From Gemmatimonadota bacterium (GTDB taxonomy: Bacteria > Gemmatimonadota > Gemmatimonadetes > JACCXV01 > JAHWKZ01), in assembly GCA_046261835.1 (NCBI GenBank), contig JBHEOA010000058.1, positions 763 through 64,762 of the forward strand: a DNA stretch of 64,000 nucleotides. The letters run 5' to 3'. The translations under genes and the position numbers were made by a program. The notes below the pieces were generated by a model, which searched no databases, was not told the origin of the DNA, and worked only from the letters and a program-made list of their open reading frames with translations. The number at the start of each line of letters is the position of its first letter. Position 1 is the stretch's first letter. This document shows positions 10,163 to 19,525 of this stretch, in pieces.

Positions 10163-11509
10163 TCAAGACCCGCGTTCTTTCGCCTCGACGCACGGGTCGA
10201 CGAATTCGTCGATTGGCACGGATCGCTCTCCGAGCCCCAGGTACGGCCAAACGTCCTCGGCACGGACCCAGCCCGGTGGCGGATCGACGTTGGAGGCGAG
10301 AAAGCCGACCGAGGAGAGGTACCGCGCCGCCCCGTGCGTCCCCTCCATCGAGACGAAGGGCTCGAAGAGTGAGAGACCGTAGTGCCACCCCTCGTCGAGG
10401 CTCACCAGGACGCTCGCCGGGTGACGGGTGTGATTCCGCACCCCCTGCATCACGCGTCGTTCGAGCTCGGGATAAAGAGAGTCGGGACGGTCGGCGAGGT
10501 CGGTCGGTCCACGCGCGTCGACCGCAGCGAAGCCACCAGGGATGCGCCAGGCCGCGAAGTCCGCGCCTTCCTCAGTGGCGACCGCGCGCGCGACCTCGGC
10601 CTCGGCGCCGCACGCCGTGTAGAGCTGAATCGAGCCGATCAGGCCGTAAGCCGGCGCGACCACGTCGCGCGGCGTCTCGAGGCGGTCGCTCAGTCGGAAC
10701 CCGCCGCTCGCCAGCGCTGAATCGAGGTCGAACCTGCGCGTGGCTCCACGGCTCAACCCGTGGTCGCTCAAGAGCACCACCCTGCGATTGCCTCCACCCC
10801 CGGCGAGCCACCGTTCGAGCATGGCGTCGATCCTTCTCAGATGCGGCCCCAACGCGTCCCAGCCTTCTTCGTGACCGAGACCATCGGTAGCCCCCATGTA
10901 GAGGACGAGCTCGGGCTCGTCGCTTCGCTCGAGGATCTCCGCGATCCGGTCCAGCTCCGCGAGCGCTACGCGTTCGGGCTCCAGGTAGACGAACCCGCCC
11001 CAGAAGCGCGGCGGCTCCCAGTCGAAGACCGCGTGAAACGGGGCCAGATCCTTGTACTCGCCGCTCACCCGCTCTCCCAGCCCCCCGCCCATCTGATTCG
11101 TCCGGCGGTCGAAGAACCTGTCCTCGTAGGCGGCCGAGGACGGGGTGCGGAAGATCGTGGTGAAGCCGACGTCGGTGAGGGAGGGAAACGGCGCGAGCAT
11201 GCGCGCGGCCGGGAAGAAGGCGCGGAAGCGGCCCTCGCGCTGGAGCGCGGCGAAGAGGTCGTAGGGGATCGCGTCGATCGCCAGGATCACGGTCCGGGGC
11301 GGGTCAGATTCCGGTATCGGGGCGCGGATCTCGCGGAACGCTTCGCCGTCGAGGACGCGAAAGAGGTCGGTCCTGCCGTCGCCGTCGAGGTCGGCGTGAC
11401 GAACGGAGGGCTCGTCTCGTGAAGACGCGCAGGCATGGGTCGCGAGCCCGCCGCAGACGAGCATCAAGGTGAGCGTGCGGCGATGCCGGCCCAGGTTGGC
11501 CGCGCCCAT
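10163..11509 (-). CDS. Alkaline-phosphatase-superfamily type I phosphodiesterase/nucleotide pyrophosphatase-like lipoprotein
   Basis: Start at internal MGAANLGRHRRTLTLMLVCGGLATHAC (lipobox). TVILAIDAIPYDLF...YMGATDGLGHEEG...VVLLSDHGL motifs of PF01663-like enzymes. Start codon abuts the upstream gene's stop at 11509. Confidence 0.65.
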   Translation of the reverse strand: MGAANLGRHRRTLTLMLVCGGLATHACASSRDEPSVRHADLDGDGRTDLFRVLDGEAFREIRAPIPESDPPRTVILAIDAIPYDLFAALQREGRFRAFFPAARMLAPFPSLTDVGFTTIFRTPSSAAYEDRFFDRRTNQMGGGLGERVSGEYKDLAPFHAVFDWEPPRFWGGFVYLEPERVALAELDRIAEILERSDEPELVLYMGATDGLGHEEGWDALGPHLRRIDAMLERWLAGGGGNRRVVLLSDHGLSRGATRRFDLDSALASGGFRLSDRLETPRDVVAPAYGLIGSIQLYTACGAEAEVARAVATEEGADFAAWRIPGGFAAVDARGPTDLADRPDSLYPELERRVMQGVRNHTRHPASVLVSLDEGWHYGLSLFEPFVSMEGTHGAARYLSSVGFLASNVDPPPGWVRAEDVWPYLGLGERSVPIDEFVDPCVEAKERGS

Positions 11510-12687
11510 CACTCCGGCGCGCGGGTGCGATACCAGCGGTCGAGTAGCACGCGCTCTTCGACCGTCATCCCGGTCACGTTCCCCATCGGCATCGTCTGGG
11601 TCTCCACGGCACGGAAGTGAATCCGATCGGCCCATTGGAGAACCTCCTCTCGCGTATCGAGGACGACACCCGCCGGCGCGACCGGAAAAGCTGCATCGAT
11701 CGGCGCCGCCGAATGGCACGGGACACAGCGACGCTCGACCACCGCGCGCGCTTCGTCGAAGGAGACCTCTCCCGCCCCTCCCCTCCTGGGCGCGGGCCGC
11801 GTGGCGATCGCCAGCGCGACCAGCACCGTCACGGCAGCCGGAACGAGCCACGCTTCGCGCCTGCCCTGGTGGCGCAGGTTATCGAAGTGGCGCAGCATGA
11901 CCCCCACCAGCGCCACCCCGGCGAGCACGAGCCAGTTCCATGGGTGGCCATAGGTGGCGGGGTAATGGTTGCTGATCATCACGAAGAGGACGGGTAGCGT
12001 GAAGTAGTTGTTGTGGAGCGAGCGCATCGCGGCGTGCCGGCCACGCTTCGCGTCCGGCTCCTCGCCCCGTCCCATGGCCTCGACCATCGCGCGTTGAGAA
12101 GGGATGATCACGAAGAAGACGTTGGCAGCCATGATCGTGCCGAGCATCGCACCTACGTGGATGTACGCCGCGCGTCCGCTCAGGAGCTGGCTCAGCCCGA
12201 AGGCCGCCGCCCCGCCGAGCATGAACATCGCGGCGCCGAAGGCGACCGGACGCCTCGCCAGCGGGGTCCGACACAGCCCATCGTAGACGAGCCAGCCACC
12301 GATCAGGCTCGCCAATCCGACTCCCACCGCGGCGAGCTGAGAGATCTGCGCCACCGCGGGGTCGCGCAGATAGGCGCCCGAGCCCAAGTAATAGACGAGA
12401 ACGAGAAGCGAGGCCCCCGTGAGCCACGTCAGGTACGCCTCCCACTTGAACCAATGGAGCGTCTCCGGCAGCCGCTCGGGAGCGACGGCGAACCGCTCGA
12501 CCCGGTAGAACCCTCCCCCGTGAACCGACCAGACCTCCCCGTCGATGCCGGGTCGCGGTGAAGCCGGCGGTCGGAACGAATGATTGAGCCAGACGAAGTA
12601 GAAGGAGGTCCCGATCCACGCCGCGCCGGCCACGAGGTGGAACCAGCGAGCGAGGAGCTCGAGCCACTGGAGGATATGGGTCTCCAC
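11509..12687 (-). CDS. Polytopic membrane protein with C-terminal cytochrome c domain (CVPCHS); urate hydroxylase PuuD-like
   Basis: Multiple TM helices and a single CxxCH haem-binding motif near the C-terminus. The PuuD assignment is from memory of the family and is uncertain. Confidence 0.45.
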   Translation of the reverse strand: METHILQWLELLARWFHLVAGAAWIGTSFYFVWLNHSFRPPASPRPGIDGEVWSVHGGGFYRVERFAVAPERLPETLHWFKWEAYLTWLTGASLLVLVYYLGSGAYLRDPAVAQISQLAAVGVGLASLIGGWLVYDGLCRTPLARRPVAFGAAMFMLGGAAAFGLSQLLSGRAAYIHVGAMLGTIMAANVFFVIIPSQRAMVEAMGRGEEPDAKRGRHAAMRSLHNNYFTLPVLFVMISNHYPATYGHPWNWLVLAGVALVGVMLRHFDNLRHQGRREAWLVPAAVTVLVALAIATRPAPRRGGAGEVSFDEARAVVERRCVPCHSAAPIDAAFPVAPAGVVLDTREEVLQWADRIHFRAVETQTMPMGNVTGMTVEERVLLDRWYRTRAPE

Positions 12688-12702
12688 GCCGTGCCGCGCG
12701 CC

Positions 12703-13707
12703 TCAGTAGGCGAGGAGCTTCTTGGCGACCTCTATGACGTCGTCTTTGCCCGGCACGTAGAAGTCCTCGAGCGGCGGGCTGTAGGGTACCGGCGTGTCGG
12801 GCGCGGTGACGCGCACGATCGGCGCTTCGAGGTATTCGAACGCCTTCTCGGCGATCGTGGCCGCGATCTCGGCCCCGAACCCACCGGTTCGCGGCGCTTC
12901 GTGGAGGACGATCGCATAGCCGGTCTTTGCGACCGAGGTCAAGATCGTCTGTTCGTCGAGCGGCAGGAGTGTCCGCAGATCCACGACCTCCGCCTCGACG
13001 CCGAGATTCGCCAGCTCGTCGGCCGCGTCCCCCGCCGTGTGGACCATCGCCCCGTACGTCACGATTGTGAGATCGCTTCCCTCGCGATGGACCCGCGCCT
13101 TGCCGAGGGGCACGACGAACTCTTCGGCCGGAAGATCTTCCTTGATCCGCCGATAGAGGAACTTGTGCTCTTGAAAGATGACGGGGTCGTCGTCTCGAAC
13201 CGCTGCCTTGATGAGACCCTTGGCGTCGTACGGAGTAGCGGGCGCGACGAACTTGAGTCCGGCGGTGTGGACGAAGTACGACTCCGCGGAAAGCGAGTGA
13301 AAGGGACCGCCGCGGACGCCCGCCCCGGCCGGGCCGCGCACCACCATGGGGACACCTACTCCCCACCGGTAGCGATTCTTTGCCGCGACGTTGGTCAGCA
13401 TGTCGAAACCGCACGAGATGAAGTCGATGAACTGCATCTCGGCTACAGGCCTAAGGCCCATCATCGCCGCACCCACCGATGCGCCGACGATCGCTCCCTC
13501 GGAGATCGGCGTGTCGATCACCCGCTGTTCGCCGAAGCGGTCGACGAAGCCGTCGGTCACCTTGAAGGCGCCGCCGTAGACCCCGACGTCCTCGCCCAGG
13601 AGGAAAACGCGGTCGTCCCGCTCCATCTCCTCCCACAGCCCCTGGCGGATCGCCTCGAGGTAGGTGGTGGTGCCGCCGCGCGCGGGCTGTTCCGCCTTGA
13701 CGGTCAC
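12703..13707 (-). CDS. 2-oxoacid dehydrogenase E1 component beta subunit
   Basis: TTYLEAIRQGLWEEMERDDRVFLLGEDVG...FQEHKFLYR...[13 protein letters not shown] is a typical E1beta. GTG start at 13707..13705 overlaps the stop of the upstream lipoprotein gene. Confidence 0.8.
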   Translation of the reverse strand: MTVKAEQPARGGTTTYLEAIRQGLWEEMERDDRVFLLGEDVGVYGGAFKVTDGFVDRFGEQRVIDTPISEGAIVGASVGAAMMGLRPVAEMQFIDFISCGFDMLTNVAAKNRYRWGVGVPMVVRGPAGAGVRGGPFHSLSAESYFVHTAGLKFVAPATPYDAKGLIKAAVRDDDPVIFQEHKFLYRRIKEDLPAEEFVVPLGKARVHREGSDLTIVTYGAMVHTAGDAADELANLGVEAEVVDLRTLLPLDEQTILTSVAKTGYAIVLHEAPRTGGFGAEIAATIAEKAFEYLEAPIVRVTAPDTPVPYSPPLEDFYVPGKDDVIEVAKKLLAY

Positions 13708-14054
13708 TGGTTCTTGGAGACGATGATGGTGGCGGTGTTGTCGATCCCGATCGAATCGAGCCAGATCGTGTACGGAGGCCACTGCACCCCGCCGACCCGG
13801 CCAGAGGCGCCGAGATCGACCAAACGCTCGGCGCCTACGTCCCTGACCCGGATACGCGCCTTGGCGACATCGATCGACCGCAACGTGATTCGGAGTCGTC
13901 CGCCATCGAAGAAAACGGGCTCCCCGATTCGCAGCTTGGCCGATTCGCTCCAGCTCTCGGCTCCGCGCGGCGAGCGGTCCTCGCCATTGCCGTCGACCGC
14001 GATGAAGCAGGCAGAGAGCAGCAGGACCGCGCCGAGGAGCGCGAGCCTCCTCAT
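13704..14054 (-). CDS. Small lipoprotein (116 aa), tandem paralogue B
   Basis: MRRLALLGAVLLLSAC lipobox; same length as the adjacent gene; 4-nt overlaps on both sides. Confidence 0.5.
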   Translation of the reverse strand: MRRLALLGAVLLLSACFIAVDGNGEDRSPRGAESWSESAKLRIGEPVFFDGGRLRITLRSIDVAKARIRVRDVGAERLVDLGASGRVGGVQWPPYTIWLDSIGIDNTATIIVSKNQ

Positions 14055-14401
14055 CGCAGACGAGAGATCTGAACGGTCGCGCTGGGTTCCAGGGACGTCG
14101 ACAGAAGTTCGAACCGATACGGTGCGACCGTGCGGGTGGAAAGCGGGCCGCTCGACTGGAGCTCGATCGTCTGCGTAATCCCCCCGACGCGGACCAGGAA
14201 GCTCGCCTGATCGACCCCGATCTGGACCGGCTGGATCTCGATCTCACGACTGTCGGCGATGAATCGCTCGTCGAGTCTGAGGTCCACTTGCTCGGTCCAC
14301 GCGGCATCCGCAGCCGGCTCCATGCGATTTCCCGATACGGTGCTGGTCGTCTGGCAGGCTGTCAGAACCAGTGGGATCAGAAACAGTGCGAAGCGTCTCA
14401 T
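14051..14401 (-). CDS. Small lipoprotein (116 aa), tandem paralogue A
   Basis: MRRFALFLIPLVLTAC lipobox; the internal start at 14401 overlaps the E1alpha stop (14398). Confidence 0.5.
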   Translation of the reverse strand: MRRFALFLIPLVLTACQTTSTVSGNRMEPAADAAWTEQVDLRLDERFIADSREIEIQPVQIGVDQASFLVRVGGITQTIELQSSGPLSTRTVAPYRFELLSTSLEPSATVQISRLR

Positions 14402-15486
14402 CGTGTGATCTCCCGGGTCCAGTCGTGGTAGTTCGGGTGCTGTTCGGACCAGCGTGGGTTGGACCACACGCCGTCGAGCGCGGTCTTTGGATCGGGCATC
14501 GGCGCTGACTCGGCCTCCTCGACTGCGTGATCGAGCTTCTCTCGAATGCGCCCATCGATCATCTCGAGGTGCTCTTCGCCCGCGATTCCCTCCTCGGCGA
14601 GGAAGCGGGCGTAGCGGTCGATGGGATCGCGCGCCTCCCACCATTCGAGCTCGTCCTTGGGAACGTAGCGCTGGTCGTCGTGTTCGGCGTGACCCTTCCG
14701 GCGGTACGTCTTGACCTCGATCAAGGTGGGTCCACCGCCCCGGCGCGCGCGTCGAACCGCCTGATCCGCGGCGTGGTAGCATTGAAGGACGTCGTTGCCG
14801 TCGACCTGGACCCCCGCGCAGCCGTAACCCTTGGCGCGTTCGACCATGTCGCGGTTGCCCATCTGCATCGTGATGGGCGTGGAGTACGCGTAACAGTTGT
14901 CCTCAGCCACCAGAATCACCGGCAGCTTCTGCGCGCAGATGAAGTTCCAACCCTCGTGGCTGGCGCCGGTCGAGAAGCCACCGTCGCCGATGTACACCAT
15001 GCACACCCGGTTTTCGCCCTTGATGCGACTCGCCAGCGCCACGCCGCCCATGACCGGGATCATGTCGCCGAGCATCGACACAGGACCGATGAACCCCTTC
15101 TCGAGGTCGCCGAAGTGGATGTTCAGGTCCTTTCCGCCGGAGGGGCCGGTCCCCTTCGCCATGTACTGCTTGAGGATGTCGACCGGCGCCGCGCCCTTTA
15201 CGAGGATCGAGCCGAGGTTCCGGATCAAGGGCGAGACGAAATCTCCCTCTTCCAGCGCGTAGGCGGTCCCGACCGATTCCGCTTCCTGACCGAGAGAGCG
15301 GTAGACTCCACCCACGACTTTGTTCTGGCGGTAGAGGTTGACCAGCCGCTCCTCCAATCGACGATTGAGGAGCATCCACCAGTACAGGTCGAGGTATCGC
15401 TCGCGCTCGAGCTGGAGCCCTTCGGGAACTTCGATCTCGGGGACTTCGATATCCTGTCCGGCGGTGGTCGGCGGGGTGTCGTTCAT
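14398..15486 (-). CDS. 2-oxoacid (pyruvate/branched-chain) dehydrogenase E1 component alpha subunit (TPP-binding)
   Basis: YWWMLLNRRLEERLVNLYRQNKVVGGVY...CMVYIGDGGFSTGASHEGWNFICAQKLPVILVAEDN TPP-binding signature. Confidence 0.85.
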   Translation of the reverse strand: MNDTPPTTAGQDIEVPEIEVPEGLQLERERYLDLYWWMLLNRRLEERLVNLYRQNKVVGGVYRSLGQEAESVGTAYALEEGDFVSPLIRNLGSILVKGAAPVDILKQYMAKGTGPSGGKDLNIHFGDLEKGFIGPVSMLGDMIPVMGGVALASRIKGENRVCMVYIGDGGFSTGASHEGWNFICAQKLPVILVAEDNCYAYSTPITMQMGNRDMVERAKGYGCAGVQVDGNDVLQCYHAADQAVRRARRGGGPTLIEVKTYRRKGHAEHDDQRYVPKDELEWWEARDPIDRYARFLAEEGIAGEEHLEMIDGRIREKLDHAVEEAESAPMPDPKTALDGVWSNPRWSEQHPNYHDWTREITR

Positions 15487-15604
15487 CGAGGGCGCAAGAT
15501 AGGCCCCTGGAACGCCTGTAGGCGAGATGCTCTAGTCAGACGGCGGACGGGGTTTCCCCAGTGGTTTGGCAAACCGGGCGTTCTTTCCCATTTTCGGCGC
15601 GGCG
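15487..15604. promoter_or_regulatory. Divergent promoter region between E1alpha operon (-) and kynA operon (+); near-palindrome GGTTTGGCAAACC
   Basis: 118-nt intergenic between two divergently oriented start codons; tggtttggcaaaccggg is a near-inverted repeat. Confidence 0.3.
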
Positions 15605-16390
15605 ATGACAGATCCGCCCCTCAACTACACCGGCTACCTCAAGATCGAGGAGCTCCTCTCGCTCCAGGAGCCGCGCTCCGACGAGCACGACGAAATCCTG
15701 TTCATCGTCATCCACCAGGTCTACGAGCTGTGGTTCAAGGAGATGCTCCACGAGCTCGACCACCTCGACCGCGTGCTGGCGCGAGGCGACCTCCCCGCCG
15801 CGCTCCACACCCTCAAGCGGATCCTGACGGTCCTCAAGATCGTGGTCGCTCAGATCGACGTGCTCGAGACGATGACGCCCGTCGACTTCTTCTCGTTCCG
15901 CGATCGGCTCGAGACCGCCAGTGGGTCACAGTCGTATCAGTTTCGGGAGCTCGAGTTCGTGCTCGGGATGAAGGACGCGCGCACGATCGAGGACTATCCC
16001 GAGGGAAGCCGCGGCCGGGCGAACCTCGAGCGGCGGCTCGGCGAGCCGTCGACCTGGGATGCGATGCTGCGCTACCTCTCACGCAAAGGATACGACGTTC
16101 CGCGCGAGGCACTGGAGCGCGACGTGACCCAGTCGGTCGAGCCGCGCGAGGATGTCCAGCGACTGCTGGTCGACGTGTACCACGACGATCGCGGGACCGC
16201 GGAGCTCTGCGAGCGGCTGGTCGACCTGGACGAAGGATTCCAGGAGTGGCGTTACCGGCACGTTAAGATGGTCGAGCGGACGATCGGGCATCATCGCGGA
16301 ACCGGCGGTTCCGCGGGCGTGGACTTTCTCAAGCGGACCCTGTTCCGCTCGGCCTTTCCCGACCTGTGGGCGATTCGCTCCGAGCTGTAG
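15605..16390 (+). CDS. kynA: Tryptophan 2,3-dioxygenase
   Basis: LNYTGYLKIEELLSLQEP...HDEILFIVIHQVYELWFK...GTGGSAGVDFLKRT is the canonical bacterial TDO. ORF also open from 15566. Confidence 0.85.
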   Translation: MTDPPLNYTGYLKIEELLSLQEPRSDEHDEILFIVIHQVYELWFKEMLHELDHLDRVLARGDLPAALHTLKRILTVLKIVVAQIDVLETMTPVDFFSFRDRLETASGSQSYQFRELEFVLGMKDARTIEDYPEGSRGRANLERRLGEPSTWDAMLRYLSRKGYDVPREALERDVTQSVEPREDVQRLLVDVYHDDRGTAELCERLVDLDEGFQEWRYRHVKMVERTIGHHRGTGGSAGVDFLKRTLFRSAFPDLWAIRSEL

Positions 16391-16417
16391 GTCGCCGAAC
16401 GTCCGCCCGACGGTGAC

Positions 16418-17656
16418 GTGGTGACCCGAGCGACGGCGGTGACGCCGGCGGACCTGTACGCGAGCCCCAACGCGATCGCGCCCGATTACTCGCGCTTCCG
16501 GGTCGCCGATCGCCTCCTGCTCTCCGGACACTCGCACCAGGCCTGGCCCGACGTGGGGTTCGAGGGGCAGGAACAAGCCTGGCTCGATGCCGCCGAGCAC
16601 GTCGACGAGAAGTGGGAGCACGCGTTCGCCCGGGCCGAGCGGGTCCGTGAGGGGTACCGCCGCGTGCTCGAAGACCCCGGCGGCGCGGTCGCGCTCGGCC
16701 CCGCAACCCACGATCTCCTGATCAAGTGGCTCTCCTTTCTCCCCCTCGCTGAGCGGCAGCGGATCGTCACGACGGACGGCGAGTTTCACGCCGCGCGGCG
16801 ACAGCTCGACCGGCTCGCCGAAAGCGGGATCGTCGAGATCGTCAAGGTCGGCGCGCATCCGGCGGAGTCGGTGGGCGAGCGGGTCGCGGCCGCCATCGAC
16901 GCCCGGACAGCCGCCGCGATCGTCTCGGCCGTGTTCTACGAGGACGCTCACATCGCGGGAGGCCTTACACAAGCGCTCGATGCATGCCGTCACCATGGCG
17001 CCGAGCTTCTGGTCGACGCGTACCACGCGCTCAACGTCGTGCCGTTCGGCCTTGCGTCGTGGGGCCTCGAAGAGGCGTGGGTCACCGGCGGCGGCTACAA
17101 GTACCTCGAGCTCGGCGAGGGGAACGCATTCCTCAGGATCCCTCCGGGACGCGACCCGCGTCCGATCGTGACCGGCTGGTTCGCCGAGTTCGACACGATG
17201 ACCGACCGGAAGGACCCCGGCCGCGTCGCATGGGGCGGGATCGCCTCCCGTTTCGCCAGCGCAACGTACGACCCGACCAGCCATTACCGCGCGAGCGAAG
17301 TGTTCGACTATTTCAGGGACCGCGGGCTCACACCCGAAATCTTGCGCGAGGTGTCCCAGCACCAGGTGCGGTACCTCGCCGAGCGGTTCGACGCACTGGA
17401 CGTCGACCCGACCGTGGTCGACCGCGATCGATCGGCGCCGCTCGAGCGAAGGGGCGGGTTCCTCGCGTTCCGCTCGCCTCGCGCCGGGGAGCTTCGGCAC
17501 GAGCTTTTCCGTCGCGGCGTATGGTGCGACCATCGCGGCGATGTCTTGCGCCTCGGACCTGCCCCCTATCTCTCGGATCGCCAGCTCGAAGATGCCGTAG
17601 CCGCGCTGCACGAAGCGGCAATGGCATTTATAGACCCGCCGCCTTCAAGGGCTTAG
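16418..17656 (+). CDS. kynU: Kynureninase (PLP-dependent)
   Basis: 412 aa; LLLSGHSHQAWPDVGF...LLVDAYHALNVVP...GGGYKYLELGEGNAF typical of bacterial KynU. Confidence 0.85.
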   Translation: MVTRATAVTPADLYASPNAIAPDYSRFRVADRLLLSGHSHQAWPDVGFEGQEQAWLDAAEHVDEKWEHAFARAERVREGYRRVLEDPGGAVALGPATHDLLIKWLSFLPLAERQRIVTTDGEFHAARRQLDRLAESGIVEIVKVGAHPAESVGERVAAAIDARTAAAIVSAVFYEDAHIAGGLTQALDACRHHGAELLVDAYHALNVVPFGLASWGLEEAWVTGGGYKYLELGEGNAFLRIPPGRDPRPIVTGWFAEFDTMTDRKDPGRVAWGGIASRFASATYDPTSHYRASEVFDYFRDRGLTPEILREVSQHQVRYLAERFDALDVDPTVVDRDRSAPLERRGGFLAFRSPRAGELRHELFRRGVWCDHRGDVLRLGPAPYLSDRQLEDAVAALHEAAMAFIDPPPSRA

Positions 17657-17682
17657 CTTAGAAGGCGAACCTCGTCCATGGT

Positions 17683-18330
17683 TTGTCCCCATCGACATTC
17701 AACGGAGGGCCGCTCGTGAGGGACATCGGGCGCGAGAGTGCGCGCACGGCCGTCGCCACAGCGACCCCGACGCTCGAGGAGACCGTCCGCGGGCGGCGCT
17801 CGATCCGGCGCTATTCGCCACGCGAGGTTCGCGAGGACGTCGTCATGGAGATCCTCGACCTCGCTCGCCACGCCCCCTCTTCGATGGACGGCCAGCCGTG
17901 CTGCTTCATCGTCGTCCGGGAACGGGCGATACTCGAACGGCTGGCGGATATCAAGAACGATCACTGCGCCCTCGACAAGAGAGATGCCTACCCGGCCCAC
18001 TTCGTGGCTTCTGCGCCCGTCGTCGTGGCGATCTGCGTCGAGCGAAAGCGAGCCCACGGTAGAGAACGCGAGAACGGTATCCTGGCCGCGGCGCATCTTC
18101 TCCTCGCCGCGCACGCACGCGGCCTCGGTGGCGTGTACATGACCGCCTACCAGGCCGACGACCCAGGCCTCGAGCGCGAGATCCGGGATCTCCTCGTCCT
18201 GCCACCGTCGGTTGATCCGGTAGCTCTCATACCGCTGGGCTTCCCTGCAGAGGAGCCGGCCCCCAAAGAGCTGCTGCCACTCGCGGAGCTGGTCCACCAC
18301 GAGTCTTACGGCAGTCGAGGGCGCGGATGA
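17683..18330 (+). CDS. Nitroreductase-family (NADH oxidase/flavin reductase-like) protein
   Basis: RRSIRRYSPREVREDVVMEILDLARHAPSSMDGQPCCFIVVRE...GGVYMTAYQ nitroreductase fold motifs. Stop overlaps the next start (ATGA at 18327). Confidence 0.7.
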   Translation: MSPSTFNGGPLVRDIGRESARTAVATATPTLEETVRGRRSIRRYSPREVREDVVMEILDLARHAPSSMDGQPCCFIVVRERAILERLADIKNDHCALDKRDAYPAHFVASAPVVVAICVERKRAHGRERENGILAAAHLLLAAHARGLGGVYMTAYQADDPGLEREIRDLLVLPPSVDPVALIPLGFPAEEPAPKELLPLAELVHHESYGSRGRG

Positions 18331-19525
18331 GCGACGCGTCTGTCTCGGGGATGACCGAGTGTCTCTCTACCGACCGCTTCGTCGGCGCCATCGACCCTCG
18401 ATGGGAGGCGTCGGAGAGTGTCGTCCTGCGGTACCGGAACGCCATGCGTCTGGAGTCGTCGGAGGAGGACGACGCACGCCTCAAGACGCTCTTCGAACGG
18501 ACCAGCATCCGCGAGGGCGTGCGTGTCGTCCCGCTATTCAGCTATCGCGACGTCGATGTGAGCGTCCTCGACGAGACATCTCTAATGCACACCCGCACGC
18601 TCAAGTCGATCGACGGATGCGTGACCACCGCCCACTGCCCCTTCGAGGATATCAACACGTCGTGTTCGAATCGGGCGGCAACACCGGTACGGCGTTGACG
18701 GCGTACGGCACCCGTGTCGGCCTCGAAACGTTCCTCTTCGTCCCCGCCGAAAACGTGGCGCTTCTTGACGGGCGGTTCTTCGACAGCGAAGCGGCGCACG
18801 TGATCGCCGTCGACCGCCCGCGGGACGTCAAGCCGGCAGCCGCGATCTTCGCCCCGCGTCACGGTCTGTCGCGGATTCCGGAGCTCGGATGGCGCATCCA
18901 GGCTTCGACCTTCGTGGGATGCTTTCTGCTCGAGCACCTTTTGGACCATGGTCCGTACGACGTTCTGGCGCAGTCGATCAGCGCGGCGTTCGGCCCGGTC
19001 GGCATCTATCGCGTCCTCGCGTCGCACCAGGAACGGCTGGACCGGCTCCCGTCGTTCCTCGGCGTCCAGCAGGCCGCCAACTGCCCGATGGTTCGCGCAT
19101 GGAAGAACGGCGGCGCGCTCAGCGCCGGCTCATCCAGCCCGCGACCGATCGAGTCCACGACGGAGCTTCTGGCGCGCGTCATGTACGATGGGGAGCCGGG
19201 GACGTACGGAACGCTGGAGCCGCTGCGCCGGATTCTGGTCGACACCGGGGGTGACCTCACCACCGTGGACCACGACGAGTTCCGCCGCGGCTTGTCGACC
19301 CTCGTAGATGGAAGGAGCGTCCTGGATCATCTCGCCGATCGTGACATCGAGATCACGACTCGCGGCGGCGAGATAATCGAGAAAGCCGGGCTCATGGCGC
19401 TAGTCGGCACATTGCGCGAGATCGAGAGTGGCGGGATCGCGCCCGGAAGGCGGGTTCTGGTCTGCATCACCGGCGGAACCGCGCAACCCGGCGGCCCGGT
19501 GAACGTCACGCGGTGGGCGGGATGA
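18327..19525 (+). CDS. Fold-type II PLP-dependent enzyme (threonine synthase/cysteate synthase-like) with an apparent frameshift near 18640-18660
   Basis: ORF 18327..18698 carries the Lys-loop region (LMHTRTLKSIDGC). ORF 18359..19525 in another frame continues with VVFESGGNTGTALTAYGTRVGLETFLFVPAEN...CITGG. The two frames meet at ccccttcgagg. Confidence 0.6.
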
